A DNA stretch of 64,000 nt from NCBI GenBank assembly GCA_963703285.1, contig OY969807.1, forward strand, positions 576,001-640,000. Direction: 5' to 3'. How positions within the stretch are numbered: position 1 is the stretch's first letter; every line of letters begins with the position of its first letter. The translations under genes were made by a program, and so were the position numbers. Shown here in pieces: positions 17,866-25,508 of the stretch. Source of the DNA: an uncultured Nitrososphaerota archaeon. Lineage in GTDB: Archaea; Thermoproteota; Nitrososphaeria; Nitrososphaerales; Gagatemarchaeaceae. Under the pieces are notes generated by a model. The model was not told the DNA's origin. It did no database searches and saw only the letters and a program-made list of their open reading frames with translations.

Positions 17866-19728
17866 TCAAATGCCGTTGGAGAGCCAGGGCAGGTTCAGCG
17901 GCGTCTGCACAGGTATACTGGACTCGCCCTCGAGCGAGTTCAGAATATCCCCGTACAGCGCCCTGTCACTCTTCTTCGCGGCCTTCGAGAGCTTCATGAT
18001 GATCAGCTTCGGCGTGCTAGACCCGATGTGGTCGAACTTCGGCTGCCTGTCGACGATGAGCTCTCCCTCTCTGTCAAGACCCTCCGCCTCTATCCCGTCG
18101 ACCCTGATCGAAAGCTTCACGTGAGGAAGGGTCTCCCGGGCAAGGTGCGTCACCAGGAGGAGGAGGCTGCTGCCCGTCGCGGCCGTGTTCACTATCCCCG
18201 CCAGGATCCTGCCCGCGGCTCCGGGTTCGGTCAGGGCCTCGAATTCGTCCATGAGGACGAGCTTCCTGCGCCTGTCGGCGAAGACGGGGATGAGCGAGCC
18301 GAGGGCCTGCTCGAGGCTCCCTATCTTCCGCGTCACCCTCCTCCTGAACAAATAGATGGGGATGGGGGCGACCTCGGCGCTCTCGCAGGGAACCGGCAGG
18401 CCGAGGAGCGCGAGGATGTGAACTGAGGCGAGGGTCGTGAGGAGCGTCGTCTTTCCCCCGCTGTTCGCTCCCGTCAGCATGACGACGTTCCTTGGCTTGG
18501 CCCCAGCTATCTTCGTCGACCTCGTACTGCCCAGCGCGTAGCTGACAGGCTGGACGACCGCCCTTCTCCCGCCCTCAATCTCATCCTTCGTCAGGAAGAG
18601 GTTGCGGCCATTTACGAAGGCCATACCCTCGTTTCCGATAACAGGCACTGTGAGGGTGTACTCTTCCATCATGGATGCTACCGCCAGCATCTGGTCGAGA
18701 GAGACTACTCTCTCAACCGCATCATCCACCACGACCCAGTACCGCTTCAGAGACGACTCTGTCCTGGCGAGCTTGGCTGCCCTCTCCTCCTTCTGTCGTC
18801 CCTCCCATTTCTGGACGACTCTCCGCCTTCCAGCCCTCTCGAACTCGAAAGGAATCGACAGCCCCTCGAGTGCTGCCCTTCTGACCTCGCTCTCCTCCTC
18901 CGAGTCCATCCTGAGAGTGCTGACCACCTCCTCGACCTGCTCTTCGACTATCCTCCTCGCCCGCTCTTCGTCAACCCCTCCCTTTCGGAACTTCTCGTTG
19001 ATCAGAATCTCCGCGTCGGACAGGACCCCCTCCGCATCCTGGACTCCCTTGCTCTCATGCTCCTCTAGGGTCTTCATTACGCTCTCCAGAATGCTCCCAT
19101 CGGTGTTCCTGAAGAACGACCTCAGCGTCACAACCTCGTCGAAGCTTCCAATGATCGAATGAGCCGCCTTGATCATGCGCCTGCGTTTGATGAAGTAATC
19201 CAGGGTGTCGGATTCCGTCCTCGAGGACGGCTTCTTTCCGGACGGAGCATCGAAGGAAACCTCGGCGAGCACACCCCTTAGCTCATCGAGCCTTCCTAGC
19301 TGCCTCAGCTCCCTCATGATGTCCGTTCCAGTCAGGCACGCGCTCAGCCTGCTCTGGATCGCCTCCCTGTCCAGCGCTGGCGCAAGCAGCGAGAATCTGT
19401 TCTTGGCGAGCTTGGACGAGGCGTGCTCCGAAAAGAGCGAGAGTATGTCCCTGGCAAGCTTTCTGGCGTCCGGCGTCCTGAAGACCCTCCTCTCCCGGAC
19501 ACCCGAAGCCTCTTCGCTGTGCGCGCGCATGAGCTGGTACGCCTTCTTCCTCCCTGTCGCAGCCATCTCGGCGAAGCCATCGACGTCAGCCAGCCTGACC
19601 CTGCCCAGCAGATCCCGGGCCTTCTCTTCGGAGACGGTCTGGAGGTTGACTCCGAGACGACCGGCGAGCTTGAGTAAGTCATCGTACTTCATCGGCGCCC
19701 CCCGCCTCGACAAATCTGAGACCGACAT
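17866..19728 (-). CDS. MutS-family ATPase domain protein (archaeal MutS5-like)
   Basis: LTGANSGGKTTLL Walker A; LVLMDEFEALTEPGAA; VTHL. Confidence 0.85.
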   Translation of the reverse strand: MSVSDLSRRGAPMKYDDLLKLAGRLGVNLQTVSEEKARDLLGRVRLADVDGFAEMAATGRKKAYQLMRAHSEEASGVRERRVFRTPDARKLARDILSLFSEHASSKLAKNRFSLLAPALDREAIQSRLSACLTGTDIMRELRQLGRLDELRGVLAEVSFDAPSGKKPSSRTESDTLDYFIKRRRMIKAAHSIIGSFDEVVTLRSFFRNTDGSILESVMKTLEEHESKGVQDAEGVLSDAEILINEKFRKGGVDEERARRIVEEQVEEVVSTLRMDSEEESEVRRAALEGLSIPFEFERAGRRRVVQKWEGRQKEERAAKLARTESSLKRYWVVVDDAVERVVSLDQMLAVASMMEEYTLTVPVIGNEGMAFVNGRNLFLTKDEIEGGRRAVVQPVSYALGSTRSTKIAGAKPRNVVMLTGANSGGKTTLLTTLASVHILALLGLPVPCESAEVAPIPIYLFRRRVTRKIGSLEQALGSLIPVFADRRRKLVLMDEFEALTEPGAAGRILAGIVNTAATGSSLLLLVTHLARETLPHVKLSIRVDGIEAEGLDREGELIVDRQPKFDHIGSSTPKLIIMKLSKAAKKSDRALYGDILNSLEGESSIPVQTPLNLPWLSNGI

Positions 19729-19882
19729 TGGCTCGTGCGCTTGTCGGCCTCGCTTTATCCGTTTGTTGCCAATACTTGCTGATTCACTCGCGCTTCTTGT
19801 CTATCCTGCGACGGAGGAGGCGTCGAAGCGCTCAGCTCTGCTCCTTTGCCTCGACTCGATTCGCGGGCAACACCCCAGACGC

Positions 19883-21121
19883 CTATGCAGCCTTGTACCT
19901 GAGCAAAGCAGCAAAACCGCCAAGAGCGTTGAGTTTTTCCTTCTCCTCGGACTCGGAAGAGATCACTTCAACCTTGGCATCGGTTGAGCTAGCGGCATCT
20001 TCCAAGACATCCACGATGTCTCTATCTTCCACCTCGTACTCTAGCCCATCGCACTTTCCGCATCGTACTGCCAGTTCCTGCTCGGTGGTTTCCATCTTCT
20101 CATCTTCATGCGCCAGTCGTGTTCTTGACTCCCCGCACTTTTTGCATGTCAGGATAATCTCGGTCAGGCCGGTGTTATCCGCGACTAGAACGGTGTTTGC
20201 AACTCCATTCCTCACAGCGTCCAGCACCTTATCCAATCCCTGAATTGCCAACCCGTCTTCCTTGGCCATGTCTGCCTCCAGCCGTTGCAACAACTTGGCA
20301 TCCTCAGCAGAATGAATCCTTTTCAGCGCCTCGGCTGATTTCTCAAGAGCTTCTTTCACCCCCTCTTTTCCTGAAAGCGCTGTGTTCACCTGGGGAAGAA
20401 GGATGTTCTTGAGCTCGTAGCGAAGGAAATCTTCTTTCAGAAAATCCTCCTTGGTAAAGCCCGGCCCTCCGACGATCAGTGCCGTAACTCTTTGTTTTGT
20501 GATGAAGGCCTCCGTCGCGTAATCCGCGACCCTGTGAAAGTAATACGTGAGCTCCATGTCGCGCTCTCGCTCATACCTTCTCTGGCTCCATCCGCCCTTG
20601 TCGGTCTTGCCAGGAATGCCGGAGGTGATGTGGTCAACTATGTCGAGTCTATCGCCGTTCAGGACACCAAATCCTGCCTCGTCAGCATCCATCGCGATTA
20701 CTCCGACGACCCTTTCTTCTCGGAGCATCTTCCTGAGCGTCGCTAGATTGAAGTGATCGTCGATATCGAAAGTAAACTCGGTTAGGGGTTCTGGCGGGAT
20801 CAACACTTGAACCTCCGCGCCCTTTGCGCCTACATTGGCGGCAGCGAATATCGCGAGGCCATTGTCTGGAATCTCGCTTCGCGTCTTGAGAAGATGAATT
20901 ATCTCCGAGAGTTCGTCTCGAACCTCTCGTCTTGCCTCTTGAGATTTGATTTCTGGAGAATCTAACCTTTCCTTGAGGAACGCATCCAATTCCTCAATCG
21001 TCTTACCCCTCGGTATGTAGAGCGATACAAGGTCTCTTGCCGTTCCCTCTTTGCTCGACAAGGAAGCCATGAGCTTCCTCATCTTGTACTGCTTTAGAGA
21101 ATTCGTACTCGTTGCAAGCAA
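19883..21121 (-). CDS. Peptide chain release factor aRF1 paralog (GGQ replaced by GGW)
   Basis: LVSLYIP, EIKS (NIKS site), NGLAIF, PGKTDKGGWSQRRYER, LIVGGPGFTK, CxxC..CxxC, LGGFAALLRY. Confidence 0.85.
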   Translation of the reverse strand: MLATSTNSLKQYKMRKLMASLSSKEGTARDLVSLYIPRGKTIEELDAFLKERLDSPEIKSQEARREVRDELSEIIHLLKTRSEIPDNGLAIFAAANVGAKGAEVQVLIPPEPLTEFTFDIDDHFNLATLRKMLREERVVGVIAMDADEAGFGVLNGDRLDIVDHITSGIPGKTDKGGWSQRRYERERDMELTYYFHRVADYATEAFITKQRVTALIVGGPGFTKEDFLKEDFLRYELKNILLPQVNTALSGKEGVKEALEKSAEALKRIHSAEDAKLLQRLEADMAKEDGLAIQGLDKVLDAVRNGVANTVLVADNTGLTEIILTCKKCGESRTRLAHEDEKMETTEQELAVRCGKCDGLEYEVEDRDIVDVLEDAASSTDAKVEVISSESEEKEKLNALGGFAALLRYKAA

Positions 21122-21233
21122 TCCCTCCAGTTAGCTCCACTCAAAGTGCATGTATCCTTTGCGCGCTCCTTCAAGCCTGTGCTTGGACTTGGACTCCGGC
21201 GTTCTAGCCCAGAGATTGTACATGGGCCCTCGT

Positions 21234-21339
21234 GCCGGGGGGGGTCAACAAGAATGGTCAACGTCGTGGGAATGAGGCGCCATCCGCCTCAGACCTCCCA
21301 TCCCTTAGGGGTTCGTGGGTTCGAATCCCACCCCCCGCA
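21234..21339 (+). pseudogene. Degenerate intron-containing tRNA-Leu(GAG) (repeat R0)
   Basis: Anticodon stem TGGGA/TCCCA, GAG anticodon, ~17-nt insert after position 37, long variable arm, perfect T-arm and CCCCCGCA; 5' acceptor strand and D-arm mutated. Confidence 0.75.
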
Positions 21340-21416
21340 CTTATGTGGTACATATATTATGCCCCAGCGATATTTTTCCCACCATCTTTAACTAGTGGGA
21401 CGACGCAAGGCTGAAT

Positions 21417-21665
21417 ATGAGCGAATTGGTTTCGATGGATAAGAAGGGCAGGCTTGTCTTGCCAAAAAAAGTCAGGACAGAAGCGCGTATTGATGTCGAT
21501 AGAAAGCTGGTTGCCAGAGTGATAGGCGTAGGACGCGTGGAGTTGTCCGATCCGGATGTCCTATCGACGAAGGCGCAAGAAATCGGGAAAAAGAAACTGG
21601 CAGGGTGGAGGGAAGAAAAGCACGAGTCAAGCAATTACCTCTACGAGTCGGCGAAAGGGAAATGA
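21417..21665 (+). CDS. AbrB/MazE-family antitoxin (VapB)
   Basis: MDKKGRLVLPKKVR motif. Confidence 0.85.
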   Translation: MSELVSMDKKGRLVLPKKVRTEARIDVDRKLVARVIGVGRVELSDPDVLSTKAQEIGKKKLAGWREEKHESSNYLYESAKGK

Positions 21666-22048
21666 GACTTATCGACACCGTCGTGCTGATTGGCTATCTT
21701 AACCCCCTGGACAAGGAGCACAGGCCATCAGTTGGACACCTTGAGAAAGTCAATTCAGATGAGGACGTTTTTGTTCCAAATCTCTCATTGGTAGAAGCTG
21801 ATCTCGTCATGAAGATCCGAGGGTATTCTCACTCCGAGAGGGAAACCTCCTGGCGCGCGCTTGAAAGCAAGATTCCTCAATCGAAGATAATGGTGCACTC
21901 AGTGTCTTCGATTTACTCGGCATTGCAGCTCCAGGAACAAGGAATGGACTATTTCGACTCTCTCATCACATCACTCGCTCTGGAGACTAGCTCTATCGTA
22001 GTGACCACGGACAAACAAATTGGAACAGCGGTGAAGACGGAATGGTAA
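21662..22048 (+). CDS. vapC: PIN-domain toxin (VapC)
   Basis: LIDTVVL...E...YFDSLI...TTD acidic PIN residues; ATGA overlap with antitoxin. Confidence 0.85.
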   Translation: MRLIDTVVLIGYLNPLDKEHRPSVGHLEKVNSDEDVFVPNLSLVEADLVMKIRGYSHSERETSWRALESKIPQSKIMVHSVSSIYSALQLQEQGMDYFDSLITSLALETSSIVVTTDKQIGTAVKTEW

Positions 22049-22069
22049 GGGAACCACCTCGGCGCATTG

Positions 22070-22129
22070 CCCCCTGACGTCCAAGGGAACTGTCATGGGG
22101 TTCTCGTGTTCGAATCCCACCCCCCCGCA
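22070..22129 (+). repeat. tRNA-Leu 3'-end-derived repeat R1
   Basis: CCCCTGAC..AAGGGAACTGT..GGGGT.CTCGTGTTCGAATCCCACCCCCCCGCA. Confidence 0.85.
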
Positions 22130-22300
22130 TCTTAATAGAGTTGAATCTTGCTCTGTTCATCATTTAAAGTTAGATTTGAGGGGCTTGTCAATGACTATAG
22201 AAGTTTGTTCGACCAGCTGCAAACCAGCTTGGCAGGCGGCTATCATGCACATGGGCGGTTATATCCTTCCTAAACTCGAAAATCAGATAGGTGCGCGAAG

Positions 22301-22705
22301 TTGGCAGAAGAGATCAAGTATCCCTCTATGGACCAGGTTTCGAGGCTCTATAATCGAACGATTGACGCGACAGGCGGTGAACGCGGATACCTCAGCAAGT
22401 CTAACCTGGACTACCTTTTGGACACGGTCCGAGATGTTGGGGAGAGGCTGCCGAGAAGACGGGCCATTCTGAAGAAGGCAGCGTTTTTACTGTACAACAT
22501 AATTGTGATACACCCGTTCCTTAACGGCAACAAGCGAGCCGCTTATGGACTTGTGGAGCTATTCTTGAACTCTAATGGCTACAAGGTTTCTCCCGAGACC
22601 AATGAGGCATACCTATTCCTCATTGAAGTTGCATCTGGGAAGATTTCAGAGAGCGAAGTCGAAACGTGGATAGCAATGCATTTAACGGAGCTGACAGCAG
22701 AATGA
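22301..22705 (+). CDS. doc: Fic/Doc (death-on-curing) family toxin
   Basis: HPFLNGNKRAA Doc-type motif. Confidence 0.9.
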   Translation: MAEEIKYPSMDQVSRLYNRTIDATGGERGYLSKSNLDYLLDTVRDVGERLPRRRAILKKAAFLLYNIIVIHPFLNGNKRAAYGLVELFLNSNGYKVSPETNEAYLFLIEVASGKISESEVETWIAMHLTELTAE

Positions 22706-22712
22706 AGAGCAG

Positions 22713-22826
22713 ATGGCCCAGAAAGTGAGGACAGCGAAACAGATTACAGATAGAGATTTCGACAGACTAGCAGAATTAGTCCTCGAAGAAAACAGCGAAC
22801 TCTTCGAAATGCTGGCCAAGGTATAG
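22713..22826 (+). CDS. 37-aa putative Doc antitoxin microprotein
   Basis: MAQKVRTAKQITDRDFDRLAELVLEENSELFEMLAKV, 7 nt after the doc stop; acidic amphipathic helix. Confidence 0.65.
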   Translation: MAQKVRTAKQITDRDFDRLAELVLEENSELFEMLAKV

Positions 22827-22889
22827 CTACGGTTCTCCCACGCCTTTGTGTAATGGTTGCTACCCAAGGGGTCGCCATCTCGATGGGAA

Positions 22890-22950
22890 CCCCCATCCAA
22901 TAAGGGAACTGTTGGGGGTACCTCGTGTTCGAATCCTACCCCCCGCACCA
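22890..22950 (+). repeat. tRNA-Leu 3'-end-derived repeat R2
   Basis: 33 nt (22902-22934) identical to R3; ends in CCCCCCGCACCA. Confidence 0.85.
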
Positions 22951-23042
22951 CTTGGTCTGAATTCGGCTTGTACTCGAATCTGGCGGCCCAGACAGCAGGT
23001 CGTAACGTTTTTATCGATAGATATGATAAGATATCATACGCT

Positions 23043-23411
23043 ATGGCGCAGATACTGGTTCGAGTAGATGAGGATTTGGCGAAGGAGGTTAGGAGGATGG
23101 TCAAGGAAAAATACGGGGGAAGAAGAGGTGGTCTGAGCCTGATCGTCGAGGAGGCGCTCCGGAATGCTGTTTCGCCTCCGGCTGAGATTTCATCGTCCAC
23201 GCTCCTTGAGGTAATCGACTACGTTTCGAGAGCTTCCAGAGAAGGCCAGCCCAAGGATCAAATACTGACCAATGTCTTTCTCATGCTGGACCGGGAGTTC
23301 GAGCAGAGTATCATCAAGGGGCTAGAAGATCAAGGGAAGGGCAAATACAAGAGCGCCCCGAAGGGGGAAGACCCCGTCGAGTTTCTTCGGAAGTTGGCCC
23401 AGCGAGTATGA
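23043..23411 (+). CDS. Ribbon-helix-helix antitoxin with C-terminal extension
   Basis: MAQILVRVDEDL...GGLSLIVEEALR RHH pattern. Confidence 0.75.
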   Translation: MAQILVRVDEDLAKEVRRMVKEKYGGRRGGLSLIVEEALRNAVSPPAEISSSTLLEVIDYVSRASREGQPKDQILTNVFLMLDREFEQSIIKGLEDQGKGKYKSAPKGEDPVEFLRKLAQRV

Positions 23412-23414
23412 GCT

Positions 23415-23693
23415 TTGCCAAGGCAGATTAGATACACGGACGAATTCGTGATTCGTTTCAAGGAGCTCTCGCGGGGACAGCAGTCATTGGTGGAGGAGTC
23501 CGTAAGACGAATCCTCTCAGCTGATGATCCAACAGCATTTGCCCATCACTTGGAACGCAGGGCCTACTTCTGTAACTGGAGTCACAGAGTGAGGAACAAC
23601 TTGATAATCGTCTTCGGCTTATCAAAGATGACACTTACATTCCTGTCCACAGGAACTCATTCGCAAGCTTACCGGCCAAAACCATTAGCCTAG
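23415..23693 (+). CDS. RelE/YafQ-like toxin
   Basis: IRYTDEF N-terminus and FLSTGTHSQAY C-terminal motif. Confidence 0.75.
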   Translation: MPRQIRYTDEFVIRFKELSRGQQSLVEESVRRILSADDPTAFAHHLERRAYFCNWSHRVRNNLIIVFGLSKMTLTFLSTGTHSQAYRPKPLA

Positions 23694-23700
23694 GAGTCCC

Positions 23701-23792
23701 CAGAGCTCAGGCAATCGTTGGACTTGAGCCCCCCTAACCTGCTGCGACCCCTGACACCGAAGGGAACTGTTGGGGGTACCTCGTGTTCGAAT
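23701..23792 (+). repeat. tRNA-Leu-derived repeat R3, with a degenerate CAG anticodon/intron region upstream
   Basis: GCTCAGG...TTGAGC hairpin, then CCCCTGACACCG and the 33-nt core (23760-23792) shared with R2. Confidence 0.8.
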
Positions 23793-24046
23793 GCCCTCCC
23801 TTCCGTACAAACGGCTAGGAGATTCTAACGGTCGCATGCAGCGTAGAGTGTGGAGCAGAACCCTCCGGCGGAACTGGCTTACAGTGACACAATCTGCCAA
23901 GTCTGAAAACCTGTCAATACGTCACTGTAATCACAGCTCATGGTCAGGGTTGCCAAAAGGGTGCTGCGCGGTAAGACTTTCGCCCAGGCGATTCCTACCT
24001 CTCGGTAGGATAAAGTTCAAATGTGAGTTCATACCTCCTTCCTCAC

Positions 24047-24307
24047 ATGTCAGCCAAGCGAACCGTGGGAGCGAAGGGCCAGGTTGTAATCCCCAAGGAC
24101 ATGCGAGACCAGCTTGGGATCTCTCCTGGTTCAGAGATAGTCTTCGACCTCAGGGACGATAAGATTACGATCCGACCCGGGAGGGACCCGGCGAGCGAGG
24201 TCGAGGCGTACCTCTCGGTGATAAAGGACAAACTGAAGAAAGAGGTCGACCTAAAGAAGATCATCGAAGAGGAGTCGTTTGTCGCGAATGATCTACCTGG
24301 ACAGTAG
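24047..24307 (+). CDS. AbrB/MazE-family antitoxin (VapB)
   Basis: VGAKGQVVIPKDMRDQLGI motif. Confidence 0.9.
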   Translation: MSAKRTVGAKGQVVIPKDMRDQLGISPGSEIVFDLRDDKITIRPGRDPASEVEAYLSVIKDKLKKEVDLKKIIEEESFVANDLPGQ

Positions 24308-24695
24308 CATCTTCCTTTCCGCGGCTCTCTACGATCCAAAAGCTTCGGCATCCGCAAGTAGAGCCAGGGCGGCCCTCAAGCGACTCCCCAGCGGGGAGAT
24401 TGAAGCCTGCACGGCGACGCTCACCTGGGACGAGGTTGTCTGGACCGTTCGAAGGCTCGTCGGCGCAAAGGAGGCTCTCGACCAGGGAAGGGCCCTCCTA
24501 CGCCTCCCCCGGCTCAGGCTCCTCTCGGTGGACTCGGATGCCCTCGCGAGAGCCCAGGAAATCGCGGAGGAGGACCACCTCAAGCCCAGGGACGCGATAC
24601 ACGCCGCAGTCGCCTTGAACAACGGCGTCAGGGACTTCATGAGCTTCGACGGCGAATTCTCCGATGTCAGGGGCGTCAGGAGAATTGAGCCGTAA
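24288..24695 (+). CDS. vapC: PIN-domain toxin (VapC)
   Basis: YLDSSIF, TWDEV, PRDAIHAA, SFD motifs. Confidence 0.9.
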   Translation: MIYLDSSIFLSAALYDPKASASASRARAALKRLPSGEIEACTATLTWDEVVWTVRRLVGAKEALDQGRALLRLPRLRLLSVDSDALARAQEIAEEDHLKPRDAIHAAVALNNGVRDFMSFDGEFSDVRGVRRIEP

Positions 24696-24789
24696 CGGGC
24701 CGTCTATACCCCCGGTCTGGACCCCGCGTCTAGATGCGGCATTCTTCCGCCCTATATAGCATCCAGCAGTTCTGCAGCCCTGACGACAT

Positions 24790-25371
24790 ATGAAGACAGC
24801 GAAAGTCGCAGCAATCGGCGCAGCCTCCATCTTCGCGGTGGTAGCGCTGCTCCTCGCAGTCCCGGCAATGGCAGCCACGCAGAACACATCCCTGATAGCC
24901 AACACATCCACCACGGGCGCGACCACCTCGGTGGTCCCCGCCCCGACGACCCTCTCGCCCGGTCAGACCATAACCTTCACCAGCACCACAGGTGCCTGGA
25001 AGGTCATAGCGTCCCCGTCCGCGGTCGAGAAGGTCAAGTCAGGTCCGGCGTCCGGCACGATGACCCTCACCGTGACAGGCGCCTACAAGGGCGGGTACGC
25101 CCTCTCCCTGACGTCGGGCTCCGTCTCAATCAACGGGACGACCTACGCCTTCGGACCCGGCTCGGCTGAGATGGGCCCGCACCAGGCTCACCTGGTCGGC
25201 CAGGGCACCCTCGCCACAACCACCGCCTCCGCCACCCGAGGCTCGTTCCTCTTCGCGGCTGGCGCGCACGCCAACTTCCAGGGGTCGACCTACAACACAC
25301 TGCGCCTAGACGTACAAGTGAACGGACAGGAGTACGGCGTCCTCCTCTTGGTGACCGCAACGGTCTCCTAG
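24790..25371 (+). CDS. Secreted Ser/Thr-rich beta-strand protein
   Basis: Signal peptide ending AMA; TATATA box ~30 nt upstream; pyrimidine-rich terminator downstream. Confidence 0.8.
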   Translation: MKTAKVAAIGAASIFAVVALLLAVPAMAATQNTSLIANTSTTGATTSVVPAPTTLSPGQTITFTSTTGAWKVIASPSAVEKVKSGPASGTMTLTVTGAYKGGYALSLTSGSVSINGTTYAFGPGSAEMGPHQAHLVGQGTLATTTASATRGSFLFAAGAHANFQGSTYNTLRLDVQVNGQEYGVLLLVTATVS

Positions 25372-25508
25372 GGGACGCCCCTCCTTCCTCCCCTTTTTGT
25401 GATGAAATACCAGTGCTCTCAAGGCTATAGACACGCGAGATGCGCCACCGGACGCGAATCCAATGGCGACTTCGATGGTCTGGAAACCGGCGGAGCGCGT
25501 CGGCTGCC

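Noticed and set aside
21234-21339. Functional tRNA-Leu(GAG)
   Set aside because: 5' acceptor strand, D-stem and position 32 are mutated, so it is treated as a pseudogene
22857-23042. N-terminal extension of the 184-aa ORF
   Set aside because: It runs through tRNA-derived repeat R2; the RHH domain starts at ATG 23043
21234-23792. CRISPR array interpretation of the recurring repeats
   Set aside because: Spacing is ~800 bp, the intervals hold whole genes, the repeats are tRNA-derived and no cas genes are present
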